Assembly (NCBI GenBank): GCA_046563655.1
Contig: CM102287.1
Location: 7,006,001 to 7,070,000, forward strand
Length of the DNA: 64,000 bases
Direction of reading: 5' to 3'
From: Yuukianura sp. NJ FZ-2021
Lineage: Eukaryota
Shown: piece after piece, positions 1 to 13,577 of the stretch
Numbering within the stretch: the stretch's first letter is position 1
How the letters are laid out: every line of letters starts with the position of its first letter
The notes under the pieces: generated by a model
Told to the model about the DNA's origin: nothing
The model's database searches: none
The model's input: the letters and a program-made list of their open reading frames with translations, nothing else
Position numbers and translations under genes: made by a program

Positions 1-50
1 CAAAATCGTGAAAACTTTAATGCATTCGGTTTTGTTATGATTTCTTTCAG

Positions 51-2713
51 GGTGACCTTGTTCGGAAGATGAAAGAAGACGGAGAACCTGACATCGACGT
101 CAAAAAAGCTGTTCATGAATTGAAGAATCGTAAGAAGATACTGGAAGACAAGGAAATGGAACTGACCATAAAGCATGATGACTTTGACCGCGGAAGGATG
201 GAAGATCTGCTGAAGCGCCGTTTCTTTTATGATCATTCCTTTGCTATTTACGGAGGTGCGAAAGATTGAATAAGCGACTCAGTGATTGTAATTGTTATAA
301 AATGAAAAGATGTAAATGAGAGCACCACGGTATTGTAAAATTTTAGGTGTGACGGGGCAGTATGACTTCGGTCCGATGGGATGTGCAACGAAATCCAACT
401 TTCTGAATTATTGGCGTCAGTTTTTCGTTCTTGAGGAAGCCATGTTGGAAGTTGACTGCAGTATTTTGACTCCGGAACCTGTCCTGAAAGCATCCGGCCA
501 CGTAGAGCGTTTTGCAGATCTAATGGTCAAGGACTTGAAAACCGGGGAGTGTTTTCGCCTGGATCACCTGATCAAAGCTACGTTGGAAAAAATTTCCAAG
601 GACAAAACAACAACCCCCGAAGTGAATGGTAAATACTGACAATTTGATAGTTGTGCGATACTTCTTTACTTAATATTACGACCACAAAGCAATTAAGCAT
701 GCACTGACTTTTGACTTTGGATTTGTTCATGTTCAGGCAGAATAGCAACCGTACTATCAACTCTTGATGGACTTACGAAAGACGAAATGGCTGCTTTGAT
801 GGAGGAATTTAAAGTCATCTCTCCCGTAACTGGAAATGAACTAACCCCACCTTTGGAATTCAACTTGATGTTTCCAACGTCAATTGGCCCAACTGGCTTA
901 GTCAAAGGATATCTTCGACCTGAAACAGCGCAAGGCATCTTTGTTAATTTTAAACGTTTACTGGAGTTCGCTCAAGGAAAGCTACCATTTGCTGCAGCAC
1001 AAATTGGAAATTCATTTCGAAATGAAATTTCCCCGCGTTCCGGTCTTCTTCGTGTCCGCGAGTTTACCATGGCCGAGATTGAACACTTTTGTGACCCATC
1101 TGACCTTTCTCATCCAAAGTTCAAGCTTGTAGAAAATACCCCAATGGTACTATACTCTGCTTGTGATCAGATGGACGGAAAGAAGCCAAGCACGATTACC
1201 ATTGGCGAGGCCGTGCGAACCGTAAGTTTTTTTTATCAATCAATCATGTTTGGAAAAAATAAGATTTATATTTCACAAGTACATGTTCATTTCTAGAAAC
1301 TAGTTGCGAACGAAACTCTTGGCTACTTCTTGGCCCGGATTCAGCAGTTTTTGCAAAATTGCGGCGTTCACCCCGAAAAACTCCGCTTTCGTCAACACAT
1401 GTCTAATGAAATGGCCCATTATGCTCGAGACTGCTGGGATGCAGAGTGTCTTACTTCATACGTACGTAAAACGAATCGGATAAGATATGATTTGCGTAGC
1501 TGCTATTGCTATTCCGTAATGTAACGCTTATCCTCCTATGTACCAAAACAGGGTTGGGTGGAATGTGTTGGTTGTGCTGACCGGTCAGCTTATGACCTTC
1601 GACAGCACACAATTGCAACTGGTGTAAAACTCGTAGCGGAACGAAGACTTCCAGAACCAAAACTGATAAGCCAGCTTGTCCCTACCCTGAACAAGGCCAC
1701 TCTTGGTAAAGTATTTAAGCAGGATGCCAAGCTCATCTCTGATTATGTCCACACTCTTGAACAAACTGATTTGGAGAAAATTGAGAAGACGTTGGCGTCA
1801 GATGGGTAAGCCTAAAAATAAACTCACTACTTCTAGGAATGATGTTTATTTTGTTTGATTTGTTTTTGTAGATCCGTTGAATTAGCAATTGGTGAGAAAT
1901 CGTTTAAATTAAGTACTGGAGACATTTCCATCCATCGGACAGAGAAGCACACTCACGTCGAAGAGTTTGTGCCGAATGTGATCGAACCCAGTTTTGGGAT
2001 TGGTCGCATTATGTACTCAATTTTCGAACACAACTTTAAAATTCGAGAGCAAGGAAAGAAGGAAGATGTAGTGAGATCGGTAAGTTAATTGATGATGAGA
2101 ATTTTTTGTTGTTTAAATCACATTATTAGTAAGCGTTCATTGTTTTCTTATTTAGTACATTTCACTTCCTCCAATCATTGCACCGGTGAAATGTTCCGTG
2201 CTTCCATTGAGCAACAAAACTGAATTTGATCCGAAAATTGCAGAAGTAGTTAAAGCATTGCGAAAGTATGAAATCTCTGTCAAGGTAGACGATTCAAGTG
2301 GATCAATTGGAAAAAGGTTTGCTTGGGACGAACTTAATTTTTAGTTTTTCTAAAAACAGTTGATTCAGAGGAATATTTATTTCATTTTAGATACGCAAGA
2401 ACCGATGAAATCGCAATTCCTTTTGGAGTTACCATTGATTTTGAAACTTTGAAGAATTCTACTGTAACTCTGCGTGAACGAGATTCGACGCTGCAAGTTC
2501 GTTTGGCGGTAAGTTTTTCTCTTTGCTTCGTTGATGCGCATGTTTTGGTTTGTTTGATACGTTTGGAATTGGATTTAATTGAATTTTATAAATCCTTTTA
2601 TGCCTTAGATTGATCAAGTTGGCTCCACGGTACGTGATTTGTCAAATGGCACTGCAACGTGGGAGAACGTGATGCAACGATTTCCAAAATTTGAGTCACA
2701 AGATCTCGCTTAA
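51..2713 (+). CDS. GARS: Glycyl-tRNA synthetase, multi-exon, 5' end outside window
   Basis: Exons splice via GT-AG introns. They encode the WHEP-like end ([10 protein letters not shown]), [19 protein letters not shown], motif 2 [17 protein letters not shown], motif 3 [10 protein letters not shown] and the anticodon-binding domain ([17 protein letters not shown]). Stop TAA at 2711-2713. Confidence 0.97.
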
Positions 2714-2939
2714 GGCTTTTGTTGTATGATTTATTAATTTAGGCGCAGATTGCAGGAACTTAGCTTTATCATACTCAATTGAGAATTCAAACTTTTTAAA
2801 AATTGGTATTGGTCTCTTTTGTCAATAACACTCCTTATCCTAAGATTTTCCAGAATTCAAAATCTTACGATTCAATTGATACAAAAAGAGATGATAGGCG
2901 CAGGTCATGACAGACGAAAGAAGTGTGTTTTGCAAAGCT

Positions 2940-2953
2940 GTTTCCATGGTTGT
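2940..2953 (+). promoter_or_regulatory. Candidate RFX X-box upstream of IFT57
   Basis: GTTTCCATGGTTGT lies ~185 bp before the IFT57 ATG. One half-site is good (GTTTCC-AT) and the other is degenerate. X-boxes are typical of ciliary genes. Confidence 0.4.
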
Positions 2954-3125
2954 AGAGTTGTGTCTGACTTCTAGTAGTATCCGCAAAACACAACAACGAT
3001 CGATCTAAAATTACTCATTCATGGCCTGCCCAGCGGATTGAAATAGTTGAAAAGCGACTGCTGCTGCTGCCATTGACATTGGATAATTGCAGCTCAATTC
3101 GAAGGATTTACGCACCTTGTAAACA

Positions 3126-4971
3126 ATGGCCGACGTTCTGGACGCCGAGGATGACTTTGCGGCTAACGGTGAGTGTGAAACCAGTTTATCATTGAATGCT
3201 ATCCTTCTATCGGATTGATTTAACTAACTTGATTTATTGATAGTTGCTGCATACGTTCCTGTTGAGAAAATGTTGAAGGTTCATGACAAGCTACATCTTC
3301 TAAACTACGAAGTGGACTTCATCAAGATAACGAAACTCCCGCGGATTCATCGTCTCTACTTCGCTTTCCCTACAAATCCGGGTGAACAATACTACAATTT
3401 CGTGATGCTCTGCGCCTGGCTGATCAACAAAACAAATCAGCGCATGGAAGTTCCACATGAATATGACGACCCCAACGACGTCATCGACAAAATATTGGAT
3501 CATATCAAGCAATTAGTAAGATCCAGCATAATTCCATTGCAAATTCAAACCATTCAAAGACATGTTTTACATTTTTGAACGAATGTTGTAGGGTGGTCGT
3601 GTGGACTTCTCAGCAAGCAAACTGAAGCCTGGATTTGGTCCTGATGTGATAAGTGTCCTGGATGTCCTAACGGATCGAGCTCTTCAAGGATACACACTGG
3701 AACCGTACGTGGCTGTAACAGAAATAGTACTAACAGTATTGAGGCAATTGATTTCAGTACAAGTTGAAATTGTTCATTTACTTTTAGTGTCATCGTTCCT
3801 GAGGATTTGAATTCCACGGAAGATGGGTTTGACGACAAGGAAATTAATTTGGCACAGATTGAGGAGGAAATGGCTCTACTCTATGAAGATGACTGGAAAG
3901 ACGACGAAGTTGTTGTAGTGCCATCCTCGGCTTTGGCTAAGCCCGCGGTAACCTTCACATCTTCAAAAGAAAATGTCTTTTTAGTAACTGTTTTACTAAC
4001 CAATTTTTGTTTCTTGTTTTTTAAGGGAGAAGACCAGAAACTTATTGAGTCGAACGTGTCAGTGGAAAATTGGCGTCTGGAACTGGAACGCGTCTTGCCT
4101 CAGTTGTCACAGCCGATAAAAATTGAAGGTAAAAAGACACGAGACAACGATTTTCATTTAATCTTATTGAAGGAAGTAAAGTCGGTTTTGCTGTTACAAC
4201 GCCGTAAACCGTGGGTTGCATGCGTTAGTGGCTAAACAATGGCCGCTCATTTGAAAAGGCTAATATCAGTATCTCCTAAGATTCTAAAAATTCAAAAACT
4301 TCAACGCTTTCTGGATTATTTCAGAAAACTTTAGTTGGAGAACCAGGACGATGCAAATGAAGGCATGCATGGAGGAAATTCAAGACGTTCTTGGACAGCT
4401 CAAGAAACCACTTCAGCGACTGAACACGGATGTGAAAGAATCAGTAGAGAAAGTACGCGGGAGAGAAACAAACTTAAATTCGCATCTGGATGGTGTCATG
4501 TCAGAGTTTGTGGTTAACAACGTAAGTATCCAGAATCCAGAAAACATTCATTGAATTCGAGTTTGAAAATTTGAATTTTGGGTTCTCTTTATCAGCGAAG
4601 ACTACAAGAACTTCGGGAAAAACAACGAAAGGTGACCGCTGAAGTCAACGAAAAGAACAAAACTCTTGCACGTTTGTCTGACGAAGTTGAAAGTGCACGA
4701 CGAAAATTAGATGAGCGTGGAAGTATGATGGCCGACGGAGGTAAAAACGAAAAGAAAAACATCATTTTTGAATTCAAATTTGAAATTTTTGAAAAAATTT
4801 TAAAAGTTAAAACGATTTTTTGTCAAAGCTCCCGTTGCACAAGCTCGGAAGGATTTGGCTCTTCTCAAGAAGGAAATCAGTGACATGGACGTCGAAATTG
4901 GAGTGATGGAGCACTGCATCCTCAAATCAATGTTTCATGAGCAGATGACTACATTTGAACAAATGAAATGA
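3126..4971 (+). CDS. IFT57: Intraflagellar transport protein 57
   Basis: Multi-exon. Motifs: KLHLLNYE, YFAFPTNPGEQYYNF..LCAWL, EYDDPN, WRLELERVLPQL, a coiled coil, and the C-terminus MADGAPVAQARKDL..DMDVEIGVMEH. Stop TGA at 4969-4971. Confidence 0.92.
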
Positions 4972-5197
4972 ACACAATACCAAGTGAAGTCAAATTCATA
5001 CTTAAAAATGTCAATCGGTTAACGTTCTGAAAACGTACTGACGCGAGAAATATGTAATTAGCAAAATTATTTATTTGATTTTCTTAGAAACCTCTCTTTT
5101 TAGTAGAACATGCGGTCTTACCAATTGCCCTACAATTCTTACAAGTATTTAGTTAAACACATTATGGGTTTACATTTTGATAGGAATTGAGACTGGT

Positions 5198-8100
5198 TTA
5201 ATTAAACTTGCAATTGGAAAAATCCATTTCCGGATGCTGTTCCATAAACTTTTTCAACATATCCTGCTTCTTCTGTTCCTCAGACGTTGGTTTTCCCATT
5301 TCCTTTTGACGTTGATCATACATCATTTTCTCCACCATTGAGCGCGTTTCGCCATCCAAATCCCCGAGTTTAGACGGTTCCGGATTAATTTTCCTAGTTG
5401 CAATTTCAGGATCAGTCAGCACAAGCTTATTCCACCACTCCATTTTGTTAATTTTCTCAAGCGTGATGAAAATGATCTTCTTGTCTTCAAGAACCCAGGA
5501 TGATTCTTCCAACTTGATTTCATGTGCCAATTCTCCGTCAATAATCGGCGGTTCATTCTTGATTCCAACTTTCAAATGACGCTTTTTAAATTCAACCACC
5601 ACCATGTTCGACTTGAGTGGAAAGTATTTGTCCATCGGCACTCGGAGCTGAAATTGACACACAAAAAATTAGCAAATTGAGTTTTAATTCCAAAACACGA
5701 CCAAAAATTTGTGCAAATTTTCAACAACCAAGCAAACAATTAATTCATGTCCAAAAAGAGGAGTTTAACATCATGCTATCCGTGATGCTCAAGACCTCCA
5801 AACTGACCTCTTTTCGTCAATGTTTTGAGTGATTATTAAATAGCGAAAGCTATTTAATAATCTGATTCACGTCTGTCTGTCTGTCTGTCTGTATGTCTGG
5901 CTATCCGTCTGTGCAACAAAAAGATCTCGGAAACTACTGGTCCGATTTTATCCGGGTTTTCACCAATCGACATCTCATGCCTGCCGCCAATTCAAGTTTA
6001 TCTTTTTTTCCGGGTTTGTGACCTTTGACCGGGTCAAAGGTCAAGGTCATTGACCTTTTCAATATAAAACCGGGAACATGACCCTAACAAAAGTTGTTCC
6101 TCTCATTGAGGGGAACAACTTTGGTATATGTACCATGGGTCTGTGACCCCTCCAAGGGGGTCAAAACCGGGATCAAAGGTCAATCTCCCGACACACACAG
6201 TGGATTAGATATGGGAAGCCGCCTATCCAATGCTAAGACCAGTCCATGCCATGGAGCCTAATACTCCAGCAAACATGGCATAAGGTACCCCACTCCTCCT
6301 GGGTGGGGCAGAAAATTGGGGGGGAACCCACCCCTACTCCCCCCGGGGGGGGGGGCGGAAAAGTGGGGGGGGGAACCTACCCCCACTCCCCCCGGGGGGG
6401 GAGGGGCGGAAAAGTGGGGGGAACCCACCCCCACTCCCCCCCGGGGGGGGGGCGGAAAAGTGGGGGAACCCTTCCCCACGCTCCCTGGGCTGCGGAGCGA
6501 AAAAGTAGAGGGAATCACCCGGGGGAAAACTGTCTTTTGGCTTGAGCTATTTCGTTATGCGCGGTTTACAACCGGTTTATTTCTTATTCCATTAAATTCT
6601 ACTATAAATTCAATTGTTAATTGTAAAGTGTCCCCCAATTGAAATCCCATTTCAATCAAATCTCCAAATCCCACTGCAAGTTTCCATTGTTTTGAAGATG
6701 CATTTTAACAATACCGCCGTTGTTCGCTCTGTCTCATCATCATTTGAAGTTACGGAAAAGCGAAAGGGAGAATCAGTAAATGCATCAAAAAATGAGGTCA
6801 TTGCTGAATTCAAATCAGGAGGGAACATTCAAAACACCTTCGGATCGTTTCGTTTGTTCCTTTTACACAAAGCGCGGCGACATTATTCTTTTAGTAAAAT
6901 GTAAACTTTTATGTAGAACAGGGACAGAAGAAGATCTTCCAACCCCTCCCTATTTGCTGCTGTTTCCTTGACCGTGTAGCATCTAATGTTAATCTCGGTT
7001 TCAAAGAATCAGAGACTCTAGGTCAATGCCATTTACCTGGGCTGTGTTTCATTTGAATTTTTTGAAAACTCCAACACAAAACAACCTTGAACTTGGACTT
7101 TTTTCAATTACTTCAATCTAGTAAAGCCTTAAAGCTACTTTTTTCTTGAATCTTACACATGCCTCAACCCAGTTTTAGTAGAATAGTCGAAGCCTATGTT
7201 CAAAAATCCCAAACCTTACGCTATTTCAAAACTTCTAACCAGTAGTCGTTCGGAGAATCTCAAACTAGCATCATCCCAGCAGCATTTCTCCAGAAGCGAC
7301 TCCATTCTATCTCCAAATCGCTCCAAAATCTGCTTTTTCATACTTAAACCCGCAAAATCATCAGCACTGATCTCAAAAATAGTCGCTGCTACTCAACAAA
7401 TGGACGGCGTGAACAGAAGCATGGAAGTCTTCAAACCGGTAACCATACTGCTTTTTAACTTTAACTTTATTATCATTAGTCATTCAATGAAAAATCCCGG
7501 CATTTACGATTCATCCTTGAGTTTAAGGTAGAAAGGGGTTACTTTTTAGTGTTATTTTTCAATGAGAAAGTGCCAGAATCGTAAAACGTTTTCCTTGACA
7601 AGCGCCAAAATCTTTTTTTCTATGTAAGGGCATCGCCTTTAACACTTAACCTAACAGGAACTTCTCAGGGTTGATTTCTATTTATTCAAAAAATTCTTAT
7701 GTAACTATTCTTATCATCGTCTTCATCCCGTCATTCTCTCATTTTGGTTTGCTTTCCACTTAATACCGACAGGTATTTCCTACGAATAAATCATAAACGT
7801 AAACGCACACTGTATAAAATTAGTCAGTTCTGTTAGCATTATCACCTACTCACATCTTACAACTTGGCAAGGGCTCATCAGCATCATCTCTCATCTATCC
7901 TACCTGCCCCTTCTTACATAACTTATGCGTTGTTACTTCAAGACAAACGTCCTCAGAGGCATTGTTTCTCAATTTACTTCATTCCAATTGTATTGAGTCA
8001 GGCAACAACCAAGTGACATGAAAGTCCCATAGAACGCTACCACTAGTACATTGACAACTGCTGCAAGCAAACGTGTTTTGCAAGCGGCATTGGCAATGGA

Positions 8101-11100
8101 AGATATTGACATTTGAAAGCTTGCAATACTGGGAATGCAAGCTCAATCAACCTGCAAACTCAACTTGTACATAAATTACAAATTTCAATTAACGGTAACG
8201 CAAATTCAAAGTTTCAAATAAACTAGATATTTCCATGTTTCTGTCTAATTTCGAAAACAGTAACCACATTTAGTACCGCTGTTGTGTTAACGCAATGCAA
8301 ACTGCTCATTTGCATATTGCAAACCGAACTGTACTTCTGTTAGTGTAATCGATGTGAAAATCTGCACGTTTTTTTCGTATCCTCATAAAATTCCCCCTAA
8401 AAAATTCATATTTAACGTTTCCTTTCCTTGGCGGAACAGCAGAAGACATTGGATTTCGGCCTGTAATTTCATATTTTCAAGGCACACGGAAAATGTAAAA
8501 TCTGAATCTGAAGGTTTAGCACAAATATTAATGCGCAAAGACATAAGACATCCTGTGACCCTTGACCCCTATTGGTTTGACAAACACGGGGAACAATGCA
8601 GTTCCTACCTAAACTAGTACTTGGTACATCATAAACTTCGAAGGCCTAAAATCTAATTAACCTGTAAGGTTGACCGGAGGAGGGCGGAGGTCAATAAGAG
8701 GAAACCCAGTACTGTCCCCTCTTCAAAATTAAAATTATTAGACATAACACCTCGACTGGCGGAATTTAATACTTTCAAGTCGTGCATATTAATTTCACCT
8801 TATTCCAAATTGCCAAATTGAATGTTGCCGCCATGCCTACCCCAAGCAGGGAGTATCCCTATAACCTATCCCTTCAAGTCCTCACCTTAACACAAGAAAC
8901 AATGCAGGGGGTCATTAAATCTTCACTTTCAATTCTTTACTCCTCAATTTATTCCCATTCCCATAAACTTCCTACGCCAAAACAAGAGACAGTCGTTCCT
9001 TTGTACCTCAAATTGTTAGAAATTAAATTTGGAAATATGTGCGCACGAGTCTATCATCCAAAACCACAACTTTTACATTATTAACTTACTTTCCATTATA
9101 AGTCTACAGTGTACGTTTGCAGTGTTTTCATAAACTCTTCACATTTTTCTTAAAAAGTGAGCTGTTTCTGAGAAAAACTTTAACTTTGCTGTAAATTGTC
9201 TAATTTCAAACTACGTGATCGGCGCTGCTTGTTACTAACTATACTAACGCGTTTTCAACGTAATGCTGCAATATTTTTTTGGTACGCGGCGGCTCACACG
9301 CGTGCGTGTCGGTCTCACCTAAATCACTTCTGCATATTAGGTAATCAGTTTCAGTTTTGTGTTCTTAGCACACTTGACTGACAATTACATAACAACAATT
9401 TAGTAAATGCCAAACACCTTTTAGTTCAACTTGTACTTCTCTAATCTTCAACATCATAAAGTGCCTGGTATTCATTAAGTGTAAATGACAAGTGGAGTTC
9501 AATCCCTGATTCCTGCGGTTACTACTCATGTTTTGTGTCTCGTGGCCCGTAGCGTAAAAAGCGTGACTGAAATCGAAATCTATTCATTTCTCCGTCAAGC
9601 CTCATCACTTCCGATTATAAACTTCTTAAGCAACAATCAAGTGTGCCTCAAGCTAGGCCCACTTATAGTAACTTTTTTGCAATTTGCCAAATTAAGCAGT
9701 GATCTAGTTCATGTGCGTTTTGAAAGTTAGTCATTAGTTGTATAACATTTTATAACTATTTTACAAAGCAAACGTAAAATTGTAAAATTCATCTCTAAAT
9801 TTAAAATTCACAAAGCATGAGTTGATCGTTGATCTGTTGCGTGTTGCATTTGCATTCGAATCAAGGGTGGCCCCATGGACTTGACTTGAAAATTTAAAAT
9901 GAAGTAATCAAATCATCATAGTAAGTGACAGTAGGTAATTTCGGTTTTCTGACGGTGATGGTGATGGTGGATTGTGCTACAAGTTTCAATCCACAATACC
10001 AGACGGTAGCAAAAACAGTTTCGGTTTTCATGTATGGTGGATGGTACTAAGTTAATTTTTTGCGCCCAATTCGAGTTCCGGTTAAGGTGAACCCGAAATG
10101 TTTCTCTTGTAAACAAACGCTGTAAACATTGTCGCATATACGTTTTATTGAAAAATCAATATACCCGGATATACATTGGGTGGTTACAATCATGTGTAAC
10201 CACTGACGTCATTTGTAACCACCGACGTCATCTGTAAGCACTTACGCCATTTGTAACTACTGACGTCATTTGTAACCACTGACGCCATTTGTAACCACTG
10301 ACGTGACGTCATTTGTAACCACTGACGTCATTTGTAACCACTGACGTCATTTGTAACCACTGACGTCAATTGTAACCACTGACATCAATTGTAACCACTG
10401 ACATTAAATATATTCCAAGCCACAATGCAACCACGCAGTGATCATATGGCGTTCCACACCGTAACCACCGACGTCATCGCAAACATACAGTTTACATGAC
10501 GTCAGTGGTTACTGTGGGTACAACAGGAACAACTCCAGCTTACTCCAACTTTTCCGTCGAAAAAACAACCGACGGTTACATACGTAACCTCACCTGGAAG
10601 ACACGCCTTTTTTTTTACTCGCGGGTACAAGCACCATAAAGTTTACTTCAACCGTGAATTTAAAACTCAACTTCGTTTTCGCGGGCACCGAAAGTCTCAT
10701 TCTCCCCCAACACAAAGGGACTCCTACCGTCCCGTCCGGAGCAGAGACGGGTTTCAGAAAAAGGCCCAAAATACTCTCATTTCGGATGGTAGGATTGTAG
10801 CTACCATCACCATCACAGTCTACCATCCGTTTTTCAGAAAACCGAAATTGTCTAGTATCACGCCTGCTTCAAACTACTAAATACAAATAAGAATTCGAAA
10901 CAATACGTTAAGGAGAGACAGGAGGTCAATAAAAACAACGCCAAAGAACGTTTTGTAGACATGGCAACGACTGAGAATTGAGAAATCCCACATTACGTAA
11001 TCACGCAAAACCCGGAGGGGTGGATTCTTAACGATTGAAATTTTGCACAACTCATACTAGCTCGCGAATCACTGCGTTGGATTTCAAATTTGAGGCTCCT

Positions 11101-13577
11101 TCGCGGGTTTTTCTAAATGGGTATGGCGAAGTGGATAAGCCACTTCTGAGACTCAATTCTCAAGTCGCCCCAACTCTTAGTGACGTAATGCGAAATAATA
11201 AATTGTAAACAAGAAATTCGTGAACTCTGACCCAATCTTCTGGTGCAATTCCTGACTGATTGGTAAGACCCTCAGAAAACTACGACCACACTTTTCGCAT
11301 TAGCACACGCTAATAAACAGCACACCTGACGATTATTTGACGAAAACAGGACCCTTCACCCAGAAAACTTAGGTTTTCTGGGTTTTCCCAGGATTTCAGA
11401 AACATCTTCCAGAAAACCTAAGTTTTCTGGGCGAAGGGTCCTGTTTTCGTCAAATAATCGTCAGGTGCGCTGTTTATTAGCGTGTGCTAATGCGAAAAGT
11501 GTGGTCGTAGTTTTCTGAGGGTCTTACCAATCAGTCAGGAAGTGCACCAGAAGTCTAATGGGAAAATGGGTAATAAGCGAATCTGTCCATCGTAATCTTA
11601 ACGCAGAAGATTCTTTCCGTTTTCAAATTCATTTTGACCATATAAAGAAAAAACACAGAAACTTTTGACCGAGAGTCACAAACAGAAAAATTGGGAACCA
11701 AAGCATAAAATTTTTTCCACCTCCTTTCCTCTCAAGTGTTTATATTGACCAAGATTCTTGAAATTATCGTTGTAGAAGGTAAAAAAAATCGTTTAACTTC
11801 CAAAGTTGGTCAAAGTCACTCTTTTCATTATTCAGAGCTTTAGGAGTACTAATGTCTAACCCCTTAACGCCTCAATGTTTTACTGGTTTGTTTACTCCCG
11901 TCAAAGTGTGTCACTTGACTTGAGTTCTCCTGATGGGGGAACACACTACGACGAGACATTTCCCCCCTAACCAACCATTAATCGTTAAGTGTGCCGAGGA
12001 GTATCATCGTTTAACACGTTTGTCTTTACCCTCCTAATAGATTTCAAGGCGATTGGATCATCAGAATCACAACAACTCGGATCAGACGCACGGTTTTGCT
12101 TTTATACCGTTTCCAAGAATTCCGAGACCACGTCAAACTCCGCCAGTACCTCCAGAGAGAAGAGAAACTACTGGATTAGGACTGGCTGGATCAGGCTCAC
12201 TGACACTATTGCCCTATGGACAGGGAACAATGGACATCCATCACCAATCGCACACTCAACTAAGCCAACCATCTACTGTCACTAGCATCAATTCTAGAAG
12301 TCTTCGAGCTGCCAATGCCGCGACACTCCTTGATATTCAACCGCCGAACTTATATCATCAAGTTGATGTCAGTGAAAAAGAACATTAGCATTTAAGTTTT
12401 TAAAACTATTCTCGTTTACCACAAAATTCGCTTGATGTCTCCTATATATTCCAGGACGCTCACAACCCGCTATGTGCAAAATGTCACGGGGTAATCCTAT
12501 CCAAAATGGAGGAAGTTTCACCTGAAGGGTCAATTCCTCTTGGAAAAAGTGACACGTCTTGGAGCTATATCTACCCTATTCATCATCCTGCTCTTCAGCG
12601 CAACAACTCCATCGGTACACCTAAAACTGAGTCTATAAGTTCCTGTGTAAATTGATCTTTAAATTTTAACTAGGTGGATTCACACTAACAGGTCAAGACA
12701 GTCAGAAATCCAATCGGAGTTGGTTGGCTAAAGCTTGCTCGAGTCACAAAATTGCTTTGGTTGTGTCAACGTTTTCGTTCCTCGTAACTATTGGACTGAC
12801 CATCACACTCATCTTGATGAAAAGTAACCTTTGAATGTAAAAAATAATATCATATTAAGTTAATTATGTTATACCTAATGTCAATGTTTTACTTTAGACA
12901 AAGGAATGATGGAACCAATGTAGAGATGACGCTTAGGACAGGTTGTGATTATCGGAGCAAGACGAAACACGGCTGGCTTTCTACAAATATGTACAAGACT
13001 TCAACTTCAAGATGTTGTTCAAATTAAACTGGACGTGTGTTGCGACACACTTTAGTTACCATTACTTGTTACCACCGGTAAACTTAGGTTATGTAAATTA
13101 GGATAACGACAGGTCACTATGCTTTAGGTGAACTTAATGCTTTTTAAAAAATGTATAGACGAATTGTAAATATGAACTCTTATGTGCAGCAAAAGTCTTC
13201 AAGGGCCCCAGTTTTAAACTTTTTGACGTTTTTAAACCTCTTTTTTTTTATTCTATTGAAGTAACTAGCTTTCCTTACCGCGTAATTTTCGTACACTCTA
13301 ACCGTTTGGGGTTATGTAAATAAATAATTGATCAGGAGTAACAGATTTACCTCGATTTCGGATAACGTCTGTACCCAGGAGTAGTTGGGAAGATCGCAGC
13401 CATTTCCAGAATTCGGCTTAATCTTTCCTGCAAAAACCCAGCAATTTTTAAATTGAAACACAATATTAATTTAATACAGTTAATTTTACCTTTCTCCTCG
13501 TCTTCTTCTTCAGACTTGACCTTTTCGTCTTCTTCTGCACTTTGCGCAGGCAAAGGGATGGACTCTCCAGATGACAT
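5198..13577 (-). CDS. nudC: NudC nuclear migration protein (CS/p23 + NudC-C); exons 13577-13490, 13427-13351, 5647-5198
   Basis: The spliced product reads [78 protein letters not shown]. Splice phases are consistent. Confidence 0.92.
5833..6585 (+). mobile_element. Non-autonomous Helentron/DINE-1-like (HINE) element
   Basis: In order: 5' palindrome TTATTAAATAGC-GAAA-GCTATTTAATAA, (CTGT)n microsatellite, ATCTCGGAAACTACTGGTCCGATTT core, central G/C-rich tandem repeats, subterminal GCTATTT (6546), 3' hairpin CGGTT-TAC-AACCG, T-rich end. Confidence 0.65.
6283..6480. repeat. G/C-run minisatellite (~50 bp, ~4 copies) inside the HINE-like element
   Basis: Repeats of CCCCACTCCCCCCGGGGGGGGGCGGAAAAGTGGGGGGAACC with variable homopolymer lengths. 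Confidence 0.85.
9925..10861. mobile_element. MITE-like element with imperfect TIRs
   Basis: AATTTCGGTTTTCTGA (9937-9952) is the exact reverse complement of 10834-10849, and the match extends imperfectly outward. GGTGATGGTGATGGT/ACCATCACCATCAC are also inverted. No TSD found. Confidence 0.55.
10196..10402. repeat. 20-bp minisatellite (TGTAACCACTGACGTCATT[T]), ~10 copies
   Basis: Direct tandem copies are visible. There is a further copy near 10461 and an inverted copy at 10497-10512. Confidence 0.92.
11237..11553. mobile_element. Foldback/MITE-like long inverted repeat
   Basis: Arms 11237-11381 and 11409-11553 (145 bp) are reverse complements with ~3 mismatches around a 27-bp spacer. Confidence 0.8.
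12041..12923 (+). CDS. Uncharacterised single-pass membrane protein nested antisense in the NudC intron (5' end uncertain)
   Basis: Four exons (12041-12367, 12455-12614, 12674-12823, 12898-12923) join in frame via GT-AG sites. A hydrophobic segment [23 protein letters not shown] lies just before the stop. Confidence 0.55.

Noticed and set aside
6246..6642. Gly/Pro-rich ORFs
   Set aside because: Translation by-products of the G/C minisatellite in the HINE-like element.
10828..10856. Helitron 3' end (hairpin + CTAG|T)
   Set aside because: The hairpin is poor and the segment is better explained as the right TIR matching 9925-9952.
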